A stretch of DNA of 48,085 nucleotides from Nemertoderma westbladi (lineage: Eukaryota > Animalia > Xenacoelomorpha): contig JAUCBJ010008777.1 of the NCBI GenBank assembly GCA_032718475.1, positions 1 to 48,085 on the forward strand, given 5' to 3'. This document shows positions 24,415 through 35,789 of the stretch, one piece after another; within the stretch, counting starts at the first letter, position 1, and each line of letters starts with the position of its first letter. The translations under genes were made by a program, and so were the position numbers. The notes under the pieces are model-generated. The model made no database searches. It was not told the origin of the DNA and was given only the letters and a program-made list of their open reading frames with translations.

Positions 24415-27400
24415 TTACGTTATGGAGTCCCTAGATATTTGTCGGATTAGGGAAGTGGTCGTAGGAAGAGTATCTTGCCTTCCATAGTTTCCGGACAGTT
24501 TTTGGTCTCTTTCCAGTAAACATAAACGACTAGCTTGGCGATTGAGTTGTTGTGTTACTTTCTCCGCTCCCTTGGCCTGTCTAACCTCCGCCGTGGTAAG
24601 ATGAGGAGGCCATTCTTCTTCTTCTTTACTTAAGAAGTCGGATCCACCTAACCAGCCTGGAGTATCTATCCGTTCTTGAGGAGTTGCTCCTCTGGAAGCG
24701 ATGTCGGCTGGATTAATCGTCCCAAGGCAATGTCTCCATTGATCTACATTGGAGTTAATATCGTCATTATCTGAGGAGTATGGTGTTCCCTCAGTTGGAT
24801 CGCCCACATCACTGCTCTCCACTTCCCATTCCTTTACTTGGTATACCTGTTGTTGAGGTAATCTCTCTTTGAGAGTTCTACGGGAAGGGCCAGTGAAGTA
24901 CCAACCTACTCTAGTTCTTACCGCATAGGTTTGTAATGGCTGCGGTTGAGCAGGCCGTTTCTCCAATGTCTCGAGCGCCTCATGCGCGTTTTGGCCGATG
25001 AGTATTTGCACTCCAGGATAATCTGTCTGGAATCGAGGTATCTTAAGATGTTGGATGCTCTCATCCTCGTCCCAATTATAAAGGTCTGCTTGGGTAGTAG
25101 CGAAGTTCTTTATAGCCACCATTTTTACTGACCTTATACTTTGTGTTCCTAATTTATCCTGGGGGGTGGACAACGCACCTACATAGTAATCTGCCGTTAT
25201 GGTAGATTTCCAAACCTGCATAATTCCTGACATATTCAATTTAGTCCGGAATTTGGGTTGTCCAGCAAAAATATCTTCGGCTAGTTCTTGATCGATGAAT
25301 GTTCCTGTGCTGCCGGAGTCAAGGAGGGCGTTCACTATGTAACTTTTGTTAGGACCATGAACTCTTACCTGCACTACAGGAAATTCTCTGATTCCTACGT
25401 TGGAAGTTGGAGCTTTCCAAGATGGTTGTTTGGCAAAAGTAGTTGGGGGAAACTCATTGTTGGTGTCCTTTTCATAAGTAAGTGCTCGATACACTCCGGT
25501 ATTGATTAGATAACAGGATTCGTTGGCGTCGGAGAATTCGTCAGTATAGAATCCTTCCATCTCAGACTCCTGATCAGTGTCATTTACATCACTGAATTGG
25601 ACATGTAGTTCGGGCTCACTTACCTGACTCTGTTTGTCTCGTTCGAACTCACTGTGTAACAAGATGTGATGTTTCGCGCCACACTTTGCACACTTTACGT
25701 CGGAGTAACAGGTTCGCCGTTGGTGTCCTGATCTGAGGCAATTATAGCATAACCGCTTATTCCACAGGACTGTACGTCTGTCTACAAGAGATTTCTTTAG
25801 AAATTCAGCACACGCACTCAAACGGTGGGGCCCGTCACACAGCGCACATTTTGGTTTGATGTTACTCACCTTACCTTGGGTAACGTTATGCACTCTCGTT
25901 CTTTCTTCGGGCTTTCTTCCGTGAATTATCTTAGGAGACGTAGGAGGAGTTGTTGTTACCTGTTCTCTCCTGTCACTGGTTCGAGACTTGTATTTACTTA
26001 CGTCTTTATAGGTCTTGTTGTCATAGTAAGATTTTGCTGTGTCTTTCCCGCTGTCCTCTTCTTGAGAAGCTTGGCTTTCGCCGTCGTCAGTATAACACAC
26101 TGTTATTATCCTTCTCCTAGAAACGGGTTTCTCACTTACCTTATTTTCCGATGTTTTCTCTCTGGACTGCTTTATGAGTTGTAATTTAACTTCACTATCT
26201 AAGAAGGACATGAGATCAGCCATGGTAGGGCTTCGTCGTTGTTGTTCATTCATGTACAACACTTTCTTGTCCCAGCGTGTACATACTCCACCCTTAGGTA
26301 AAGTAGATACTACTGCTGCAATAACCATGGAACTCTGATATTCATGAGACTTACCTAACCAGTCCAATTGTCTACAGATTTCCTGAATTTCATCGGAAAA
26401 CTCTATAATCCCGTTACTAAGGAAGTGTCGGGGGGCTACTAATTTTGCATACAAATACTTAGCTATGTTATCCTTGTTACCATACCTGATGTTTAATGTA
26501 TCCCAAACTTGTCTTAATCCATCTGGATGTCCAATAAACTTTAACGCCATTAACTTGGGAGGTCCTTCCAAGCACTTGATGAGGAACCTAAGTTTCTCTC
26601 CGTTAGATAGCACAGAGTTCTGTATCTAGCCATCTGACGCGTAAAGCTTTCTTGGGCCATCGTGTTATTTAATATCGAATTATCGGTATATAAATTTCTC
26701 GGATCATTATCAGGTCTATAGGGAATATCATTAACAACAGGTCTATAATCACCCTTAATAGGGTTTGCTATAGGAGTTTCTACTTCACTAGCAGTATAGA
26801 TGCGTGTAGGCTCCACACCTTGCGCATGTAGTACTTCAGACCTAACAGGTTGACACAATGTTACAGGGGGTATTGGTATGCCCTTTTGTATATTGACTAA
26901 TTTGTCGCGTTCTAGTGCGATACTTTGCTGCACTTCTTGCAACTCTGCTCTACCTTCCCTTACTGTTCCCTTAAGCTGGTGGACAGTCTCCTGCATCTGT
27001 CCGAGCAGGAGGTTCATCCCCCGCCGTCCCTCCTCTACCCACTCAACCGCCGAAGCGGGAGTCGCCAACATTGTAGCGGGCTGACGCGGGACGACGGGAG
27101 ACAAATCTTTGATTCCTCTCTCAATGCTCAGGACAGGGGTATTCGCATGGACTGTTCCACCGGGTACAGGCAGTGTAGTACTGTGTAAAGGGAATTTAGA
27201 GTTAAGCTCTGGAAGTGCAGGGGTCTCTAGCACAGGAGTGACTTTGGGAACGACAGGCCTAATTATTTCAGGCTCATCGACTATAGTAGGGAGTCTTTTG
27301 ACCTGAAGAAATTGTTCTATGGGTTCTACACTACCTAAGTCTGTGCTAGTTAGTTGTCTTTTAACAGCTGGGGGCAAATCAGGCAATTTGTGACGGTAAG

Positions 27401-28529
27401 ATGTTTTTCTACGCCTGCTTAGACGAGATCTATTTCCTCCGCCTTCAGGATCGGTGGTTTCGCTTTCCTCCGATGAAGTATAGCCCTGGCGTTTGGGAGT
27501 AGATTTTCTCATTATCTGCATGTGACTAGCAGTTAACTTTTTATTTATGTTGTCTTGCGTCTCTTGCAGCTTCTCCAACTCCAGTTGGGTAGTCTGCTCA
27601 GACGCTCTTCGTTCTGCTTCTGCTACTGCCTTTTTCGCCCTTGCTTCTCCTTCTGCCATGGCCGCCTTTGCTTCTGCCGCCGCTGCCTTTCTTTGTATTT
27701 CTGCTTCTGCCATGGCCGCCTTTGCTTCTGCCGCCGCTGCCTTTCTTTGTATTTCTGCTTCTGCCATGGCCGCCTTTGCTTCTGCCGCCGCTGCCTTTCT
27801 TTGTATTTCAGCTTCGGCTTCTGCGATTGCCGCTGCCTTTTGGACCTCTATCCGCCTTTTCTTTACTTGTTCTTCTTGGACTCTAGTGAGGCGGAGTTTT
27901 TCATCAAATTCAGCTTGATTAGCCGCCAACATTTCAGCATCGATTGCGTCCAACACAAGCTTGGTTCCTTCACTATTAGGGCGAAGTCCAGACAGTCGTC
28001 TCCTCAACTCTTCGTCTCCTATGAATCGCTGATAGTCTGACAGATAGATGTCAATGGCGTCTCTAGTTCGCGGCTTCTCTGCTGATGTTAATTCGCTTTC
28101 CACTTCGCTTTCCACTTGAGAAGAAGTGGCGTCGGTTGATTCTTCATAGGTTGGCCGTTCATCATAAACCGTATCCACCATCTTCGCTCCGCGTTCGGGC
28201 GTCCGCTCAGCAGTATCCGAACTACTGGAGCTATCGGGCCGCTGAGAACTAGGTTCTAGGCTAGGATGTTGCTGCTGTTTGACAGCGGCTTCTTGATTCC
28301 GCTTGACTTGGGCCCGAGTACCGATGATAGACCTATGTTGTTCTACTAGCCTAGGGTCTGACACTACTACTGTAGGGATGGCCTTTTTTACAATAGTAGG
28401 TGACTTAGACTTGGATCTAGGATGTTCTATACTTGGATCTGGGTCACTGATCTTTTTAAGGCACTGTCTAACAGTCATTCTAACACTTTCTAAGAGACTA
28501 TCCGACAGTGATTGGGTTGTGTCTGACAT
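24415..28529 (-). pseudogene. gag: BEL-2 gag-protease polyprotein with one frameshifting deletion (~26624)
   Basis: ORFs 28529-26550 and 26613-24415; same gag, Cys/His and ALLDSGSTGTFI motifs as BEL-1; about 97 bp (BEL-1 8646-8742) missing at the shift. Confidence 0.9.
27657..27810 (-). repeat. 54-bp coding tandem repeat, ~3 copies (EIQRKAAAAEAKAAMAEA)
   Basis: catggccgcc recurs at 27657, 27711, 27765. Confidence 0.9.
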
Positions 28530-29859
28530 GTTTGTTTACACAGTTGAATGCCTACGGCTATAAATACAGTTAAAGCAAGTCTAGCAATTCAGTATCACTG
28601 TTAGCCTAGTACCGGTAATTACAGTATTAGAATACCGGTATATACTTATAGTGTGTATAAGTATTGTAAACTAGTTTTGTCACAGAGTACCGGTATATAA
28701 ATTTAGCACAAATATATATAAATATATAATAGGCCTATCGTGAATACCGGTATACAGCTGACACTTATAGTATATATAAGTATAATTATTACAGACTAGA
28801 ATTAATTACAGAATACCGGTATGATTTCAGCTCAAATTTATAGAAATAAATATAATAAGCCTATGGTAAATACCGGTATGTCAATTATTTTAGTATAATT
28901 GAATTTCTGAATACTTTAGGGTTACTTGGTTACTTTAACTTACTTTGTTACCGTTATTTAAGCAGTAGTCCAACTGATATTGAGACCTAGTTGTTGTATG
29001 GCAGGCCTACTACTTATAAATCGTTTGAGTTGATTTATAATATTTATATACCCGTTTAAAATGGGTTTATGTCAATATTTGAAATAAATGTTATTATTTC
29101 TGGGGGGTCACTACACAGAAGCTGTGCGCTCTCAGTGAAGTGCTACCTATGGGACACTAAAACAGATAATTCTAATTTACCTAAGTTACTTAATACTACA
29201 AATTACCTACGATACGGGTGAGATTAAATCTCTAATTGAACACAACAAAAATATTACGTACGAAATTTTTAGGGCAAATTTACAGGGAATCTACAAACCA
29301 GCCTAACAAAGGGTTAGAGTCCTGGTTATTACAACGGACAGGGTACTACGGTATTTGAAAATAATAAGTAGTAGTAAATATATTGCACTGTCCAGATAGG
29401 AAAATACCACCGCCTGACGACCTATAGCCGTATCGCTACAGGTACTACGTTATGTATCACGGATTGTTCCTACCTAGAAGTTAATTATCGCGGACTACCA
29501 GATCCAGCGTGCCTATTAACCACTTTACAACACAAATATACTGCCTACACACTAATTACTTCGGAAAGCACTGTACACTAAACCCTAAATTAGGTACAAG
29601 TACTGGTATAACAAATAATCAGTAGTTAAATATACTTGAACAGTTAAAAGAACCACGGCATCTGCTGGAGTGACCGGTGCACAAAATCACCAGTCTTTAC
29701 CTACGCCAAGCAGCCCGTGTAGTACCGGGGTTAATTTAACTATAACGGTATGTGTAACAAACACAATTACTGTAGGAATAAACTTGGGGACATGAATGTT
29801 GCGAATAATCGCATAAACTCTGAATAATAAATATTACGCTACCCGTACAGAATACTCAA

Positions 29860-30350
29860 ACAAAATACAAACCAAACACTGGCAGACTACCACCAAGCCT
29901 AAATAAACTACTGTATGTGCAGATTCCAAAATCGTTAGTTAGTATGCGTTCTAACACGGTAGTACGACTTATTCTTTAAGAGGGGATTGACCTTACAGCA
30001 ATGGCTGCCCCAACTTACTAACTGGCGCTCTATCGGACAAACTCTACACACGCAGCAATCTCTTCAGACCTAATAATAGCTAGACAACAATCCAGCCTAC
30101 AAAATATCTGAGTAATAACTATTACGGTACCTGAACAGACTACACAAACAAACACAAGCCAAAACGCTGGCAGAATACTGTCAAGCCTAAAATAAACTAC
30201 AGTATGTGCAGATTCCAAAATCGTTAGTTAGTATGCGTTCTAACACGGTAGTACGACTTATTCTTTAAGAGGGGATTGACCTTACACTCAAGTTGCCCCA
30301 ACTTACTAACTGGCACTCTATCGGACAAACTCTACACACGCCGTAATCTC
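29860..30350. repeat. ~280-bp-period duplication in the BEL-2 5' leader
   Basis: The block gcagattccaaaatcgttagttagtatgcgttctaacacggtagtacgac occurs at ~29920 and ~30208; single copy in BEL-1. Confidence 0.85.
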
Positions 30351-30570
30351 TCCAAACCCAACAACAATCTAACAACAGTCCGGCCTACAATTATCTGAAC
30401 AATCTGAGCAGACTTACACGTCTTCAGCTCAATATTAACTTACTAGGAAATAAAACTGACAGAAATAGACCTAAGTAAAATCCCAATAAAAACCAGGCGT
30501 CCCCGATTTAATATCGAGACCTACCGGTATACAATAATCAAATCGAATAATACTAATGTACTTATACTGG

Positions 30571-30696
30571 AAGTACCGGTTAGGACAGTTGGGCCTACTG
30601 GCCTACAGAAGTACCGGTTCTGGCAGTTGGACCTACGGACCTACAGCAGTACCGGTTCTGGCAGTTGGGCCTACTGACCTACAGAAGTACCGGTTC
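30571..30696. repeat. 38-bp tandem repeat, ~3.3 copies
   Basis: gtaccggtt at 30573, 30611, 30649, 30687. Confidence 0.88.
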
Positions 30697-31822
30697 AGGT
30701 TTACCGGTTGACCGGTACTTTCAACTTTATTGCTTACTGCAATAAAGTCAATAACTGTTATTGTACGCGCTTTTGAAGACCTTTAGCAGTTTAACCTGCC
30801 AAAATTTATATGTCTTTTGATTTATAAATATACTTTAGAAGATGACAAATATTTAATACCAATAAACACAACATTAGCAGAAGCCAGCCTAGTGCGCGTC
30901 CATTCACCCGCTGGATAATCCCGGGAGGCTGGATTCTGTCGGCTTAGATTATTATTGCAGTGAAGCTTACGGTATTGTATTATTCGATTGATCGTTAATA
31001 ATTAATTTCTGACTAATATTATTCACTTTCGGGAAATATTAACAGTTCCTTTTAGGACGTGGCGCTCTATCTAAGTAAACAGAGATATGACTTATACTAA
31101 TCACAACGGTAAGTCGGTAAGGCTTATGATTCACGTATGAGGCGCATTCTTTAGGAAATGCTTAGTTATCAGCCACAATCATGCACACTACCGGTAACGC
31201 ACAATACTGCTCACTAATTTGCCGACCGTCAATGAATTTTATCATATATAAAGAGAATAGCAACGGACTCATGTAGGGCTTATCAAATAGCATTAAATTC
31301 AATACACACCACAATAATATAAGTCGCAATCGCTATATATATAACCCGCCTCTCTAACCTGTAGTGTATCAAGAAAATTGGGAAATTTGGGTTCTTTATA
31401 AATGTTCTCCAAATAATATTCAATCCACTGATATAAGATATGACAACAGTAAAAACATTAAGACGGTAGGTTAAGATATGATATGAACAGATATGTACAG
31501 CGATATGCACTGATATGGACCGATAACAGTTATACGCTCTATAATCTTAAGCCTACTAATGTTTCTTCTAAAGTATGAAAAGAATTAACTCTAGAGCCGG
31601 TGTTTCTGGTTTAGCGTCAGGCTAAATTGTGAAGTTATAATAATAAGATTTGTTAAGAGTTGCACAAGTCAGTAAGTCTGTACTGAAGAGGTACCGGTAC
31701 ATAGCCTACAACCCGAATCCTAGAGTGTTGCTAGGCAACCGTGTCAACAACCCAACTCCATATCTCACCCCTGTACGCCACAATGCTCCCCCCAGTGTAA
31801 GGAAATGAAACGAGAAGGTAAC

Positions 31823-34800
31823 CTATAAGTATTTGGGGGGATTTATGATGCGACCAGATCTTGTGGTTATTAGTGGCGCAGGCGGTGTAACTGGCGGAGA
31901 TGAATGAGTTTGTACTGTAGGAGTGGGTTGAGTTTCGGGAGGAGGTTTGTCTGGTTGGACGCCGCAACCGTAGGCCACCTTGAGACGGTCGACGGACACG
32001 GTCTCTCGGCGGCCGGTGACGTCGAGAACGAAGTATTTCTCTGATTTTTGTAGGACTCTGTAAGGGCCAGAGTACGGGCGCTGTAGTGGTCTGCGGTGGG
32101 CGTCGCGCCGGACGTAAACGTATCCGGTCGAGCCGAGGTTGTCCGGAACGGAAGTCGTACGACGGCCGTGGAACTCCGGAATCGGCGGAGCAACGGCGCG
32201 CATAGAGTCCTGGAGTTGGAGGAGGAAGTCCGAGGATGGAGGCTCCGATCGCGGTACTGGAGCGACGAACTCGCCGGGGATGTGGAGGCTGGTCCCGTAG
32301 ACGAGGTCGGCGGGGGAGCAGCCGGAGTCCTCGCGCCACGCGGTCCGGATGTTGAGGAGGACCATGGGGAGTTCGTCCATCCAGTTGGGGCCGACGAGAC
32401 GCGCCATGAGGGAGGCCTTCAGCTGCCGATGGAGGCGTTCAACCATGGCCTGTGGATGGTAGGCCGTTGTGTTGGATGCCGATATACCGAGGAGGCGGTG
32501 GAGATCGGCCCAAAGGTGGGAGGTGAACTGGGCGCCTCTGTCGGAAGTAACGTGACTGGGGATACCGAAACGGGATATCCAATGTCGGAGGAGGGCTCGA
32601 GCGCATGTCTCGGTGGTTGAGTCCGCCATTGGAATAACTTCGGGCCAACGGCTAAACCTGTCGATTACGGTAAACATATATGTCATACCTTCGGACACGG
32701 GTAGAGGGCCGACGATGTCGACATGTAGGCTGTCGAATCGGTGGTCGGGAGGCTGTCGTCGAGTGAGTGGGGCGTGGACGTGTCGGTGAATCTTAGAGGC
32801 CTGACACGCGTGGCACTCCTGGCACCATCGTTTGACGTCACGTTTCAGTCCGTGCCAGACGAAACGGGACAAGATGGCGCGTTGGGTTGGGCGGTTCCCG
32901 GAATGGCCGAGTCCGTGGATTGCGTCGAAGACGCGTCGAGTCCACTCCTTGGGGATTATGGGTCGGGTTCGGCCCGTGGAGACGTCGCACAGTATGGTGA
33001 AGTCACCGAATGGGACGTCTTCGATGACGAGGCTGGTAATGGCGGTCCGGTAGGTGTTGACTTCAGCAGATGTTTGCTGTGCCGTGGCGAGTTGCCGGAA
33101 GTCGATGGTCGGTGAGAGGATGGCGGCTACCGGGGCGCGGGACAGGGCATCGGCGACGACGTTATCTTTGCCGCTGACGTGCCGAATATCCGTCGTAAAC
33201 TCGGCAATAAACGACATATGGCGAGTTTGGCGGGGAGAACGTTCCGCGGCGCTGGTCAACGCAAAGGTCAGCGGTTTATGGTCGGTATAAACCGTAAAGG
33301 TTCGACCTTCAACGTAGTGTCGAAAGTGTTTAATGGCGAGGTTTGCCGCTAGTAACTCGCGATCGAATGCAGAATATTTCGCTTCGGCAGTCGAGAGTTT
33401 TCGCGAGAAAAATGCGACAGGGCACCACACCTCGCCATGTAGCTGTTCGAGTTTAGCGCCAACAGCCTTATCAGAAGCGTCGACAGTGACACTCGTGGTG
33501 GCGGTCGAGTTGGGATGGTGGAGGAGGGTTGCAGCGGCGAGGGAGGACTTGGCAGACTCGAACGCCGTCTGGCATTCGGGAGTCCACTGAATCGTCTGAC
33601 TCTTCGACTTGGTGGCCTCGTACAACGGGCAGAGTTTGTCGGCCAACCTTGGCATGAAGCGGTGGTAGTAGTTTACCATGCCGAGGAAGCGTTGGAGGCT
33701 GAGTTTGGAGTCCGGGGTCGGATAGTCGCGGATCGCGTCGACTCGGTCTTCGAGAGGAAGGATTCCCGAGGATGTAACTTTGTGACCGAGGAATGTCAGT
33801 TCCGGGACACCGAAGACGCACTTGGTGCGGTTCAAAACCATCCCGTTGTCCGAAAGGAGTCGGAAGACTTGGCGGAGGTGGTCGATGTGTTCGGCGACGG
33901 AGCGACTCGCTACCAGGATGTCGTCGAGGTAGACGAACGCGAACGGAATGCCGCGTAGAATGCCGTCCATTAGCCGTTGGAACGCCTGGGCGGCGTTCTT
34001 TAGTCCGAACGGCATTCGGAGGAACTCCCAAAGGCCGAAGGGAGTGATGATCGCCGTCTTTGGTGTATCTTTGGTCGCCATGGGGATCTGGTGGTATCCC
34101 CGTACCAGGTCGATCTTAGAGAAGACCGACATTCCATCCAGGTGACCGTTGAAGTCTTGGATGTGTGGTAGGGGGTACCGGTCGTCGACGGTGGCGTCGT
34201 TGAGACGGCGGTAGTCCCCACAGGGCCGCCAACCGCCACCGGGTTTGGGGGCGATGTGGAGCGGGGAGGCCCACGGCGAGTTGGAACGCCGGATTATGCC
34301 GAGTTCCTCCATCTTGGCGAACTCGGCCTTGGCCACCTCGAGTTTCTCGGCGTCGAGTCGGCGGGCGCGAGCGTGTAGAGGAGGTCCCTCCGTAACAATG
34401 TGGTGCTCTACACCATGTTTATTCAACGCAGTCGGCTCGAACCGAGGGATGACGAGCTCCGGGAACTCGTCAATGAGTCGCTCGCAGGGACCTGTAGTAG
34501 GGATGCGGATGCCGGCGATAGCGGTCGAATAGCAGGCGATCTTGGTCGGGATCGCTGTAGGGTTCGACATATCGATGAGGCGTCTCCCTGCAAGGTCGAT
34601 GGCCAACCGGTTGGAGAAGAAGAAGTCGGCGCCGAGGATTGGGGAAGAGACGTTCGCCACGTAGAATTCCTGCGTGAAGACCCGCCCGTTGCCGAGGTGG
34701 AGGCAGATCGCCCTTTTGCCCCAAGTGGCAATCGGACTGCCGTTGGCGGCGACCAACGGGGCAGTTGGGGTGCGGGACCGTTTGTCGGCAGCGGATGCGG

Positions 34801-34870
34801 GCGAAACCGAGACTTCGGCTCCGCAGTCGACCAGGTAGGTCTGGCCGGTGCGGCGGTCCCACACAGTCAT
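31823..34870 (-). CDS. pol: Gypsy Pol: protease, RT, RNase H, integrase
   Basis: LVDCGAEVS; SPWASP, DYRRLN, MPFGLKNA, YLDD; DASD, TDHKPL, NVVADALSR; HHCC, DIVGP, SDRG, GPY motif. Confidence 0.96.
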   Translation of the reverse strand: MTVWDRRTGQTYLVDCGAEVSVSPASAADKRSRTPTAPLVAANGSPIATWGKRAICLHLGNGRVFTQEFYVANVSSPILGADFFFSNRLAIDLAGRRLIDMSNPTAIPTKIACYSTAIAGIRIPTTGPCERLIDEFPELVIPRFEPTALNKHGVEHHIVTEGPPLHARARRLDAEKLEVAKAEFAKMEELGIIRRSNSPWASPLHIAPKPGGGWRPCGDYRRLNDATVDDRYPLPHIQDFNGHLDGMSVFSKIDLVRGYHQIPMATKDTPKTAIITPFGLWEFLRMPFGLKNAAQAFQRLMDGILRGIPFAFVYLDDILVASRSVAEHIDHLRQVFRLLSDNGMVLNRTKCVFGVPELTFLGHKVTSSGILPLEDRVDAIRDYPTPDSKLSLQRFLGMVNYYHRFMPRLADKLCPLYEATKSKSQTIQWTPECQTAFESAKSSLAAATLLHHPNSTATTSVTVDASDKAVGAKLEQLHGEVWCPVAFFSRKLSTAEAKYSAFDRELLAANLAIKHFRHYVEGRTFTVYTDHKPLTFALTSAAERSPRQTRHMSFIAEFTTDIRHVSGKDNVVADALSRAPVAAILSPTIDFRQLATAQQTSAEVNTYRTAITSLVIEDVPFGDFTILCDVSTGRTRPIIPKEWTRRVFDAIHGLGHSGNRPTQRAILSRFVWHGLKRDVKRWCQECHACQASKIHRHVHAPLTRRQPPDHRFDSLHVDIVGPLPVSEGMTYMFTVIDRFSRWPEVIPMADSTTETCARALLRHWISRFGIPSHVTSDRGAQFTSHLWADLHRLLGISASNTTAYHPQAMVERLHRQLKASLMARLVGPNWMDELPMVLLNIRTAWREDSGCSPADLVYGTSLHIPGEFVAPVPRSEPPSSDFLLQLQDSMRAVAPPIPEFHGRRTTSVPDNLGSTGYVYVRRDAHRRPLQRPYSGPYRVLQKSEKYFVLDVTGRRETVSVDRLKVAYGCGVQPDKPPPETQPTPTVQTHSSPPVTPPAPLITTRSGRIINPPKYL

Positions 34871-34905
34871 TGTTGTCTTCCCGTTTTGGCCGGCCGCGGA
34901 TATGT

Positions 34906-35697
34906 TTAGCGACCGGCCCCGGCGTTTCCCGAACGAGGAGATGAGGCCGGTGTGGTGGGAATGAGGTGGCTCAGTCGACAGCCTCTGTAACCGCAGTTCC
35001 GCGCGGCATTCCCGAACTTCTTGTGGAAGAAGCAGAGAGTCGTAAAGGAGGACCCGGGAGGCTGTGTAGGCCCGGAGGCGGAGACGGCGTTCCGTTGTAC
35101 CCCGGCGATACCGACTCCGACGGGTTCTCCTCGGGTCGCCTCCATAATCCGGTCGGCGTCCGTAGCGAGTTCATCGAGGTCGGTGGAGCTCGAACCGGCC
35201 AGAACGCGCCGGACATCCGTCGGCAGCTGGGCGAGGAACAACGCCCGGAAGAGTGTCTCTGGGTCCGCGTTGAGGGATCTCATGTGGCGGAGGAGACCGG
35301 TAGGTCGGCGGTCACCGAGTCCAGAAAGGGACAAAAGTTTGTTGTCTCTCTGAGCCTGGGTTTTACCAAAAGCGGCGATGAGGGCGCGCTTCAGCATTCT
35401 ATACTTATTGTCTCCCGCCGGCGGATCGAGAAGTATTGGTCCAACTTCTTTGGCTGTAGTGTTATCCAACGCAGCAACCACGTGGTGAAACTTGGTTGAG
35501 TCTACAGTTATGTTGCGCGTGGCGAACTGAGCCTCGACTTGGGAGAACCAGATCTCCGGGTTCTCGGTCCAGAACGTGGGGAGTTTGACTCCGACGGCGT
35601 TTACTGAGGTTCCGGTTGTGTCGGAGCCGGAAGCAGCAGGAAGGAGGCCTTGGAGGGCCGTGGCGAGGGCCGCAATATCCTCAGCAGCGAGAGGCAT
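34906..35697 (-). CDS. gag: Gypsy Gag
   Basis: VKLPTFWTENPEIWFSQVEAQF, GDRRPT.LLRHMRSL, CFFHKKFG..ARNC...C. Confidence 0.92.
   Translation of the reverse strand: MPLAAEDIAALATALQGLLPAASGSDTTGTSVNAVGVKLPTFWTENPEIWFSQVEAQFATRNITVDSTKFHHVVAALDNTTAKEVGPILLDPPAGDNKYRMLKRALIAAFGKTQAQRDNKLLSLSGLGDRRPTGLLRHMRSLNADPETLFRALFLAQLPTDVRRVLAGSSSTDLDELATDADRIMEATRGEPVGVGIAGVQRNAVSASGPTQPPGSSFTTLCFFHKKFGNAARNCGYRGCRLSHLIPTTPASSPRSGNAGAGR
34924..34930 (-). promoter_or_regulatory. -1 ribosomal frameshift slippery site G GGA AAC
   Basis: In phase with gag; the -1 frame is open into pol (GKRRGRSLNISAAGQNGKTT-MTVW); downstream stem GGCCGGTCGC/GCGGCCGGCC. Confidence 0.85.
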
Positions 35698-35771
35698 ACC
35701 GGTAGTTAATATTGTAATAGGCTAATAGCTGAACATGGGGATTATTCCGCAACTGTTTGGATTAGCGAGTT

Positions 35772-35789
35772 CACCATGCCGGGTCACCA
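35772..35789 (-). promoter_or_regulatory. Gypsy primer-binding site (tRNA-Trp-like)
   Basis: TGGTGACCCGGCATGG one base after the 5' LTR; tRNA identity from recalled similarity to Trp PBSs. Confidence 0.75.

Noticed and set aside
30571-30696. CRISPR-like periodicity (also 39863-39975)
   Set aside because: Head-to-tail repeats without unique spacers, no cas genes, eukaryotic context.
31823-34870. The nested Gypsy as RT donor for the BEL elements
   Set aside because: It inserted after BEL-2 (present in one LTR only), uses a tRNA PBS and makes 4-bp rather than 5-bp TSDs.
31731-35499. Many overlapping ORFs inside the Gypsy
   Set aside because: Expected from high GC content; no motifs.
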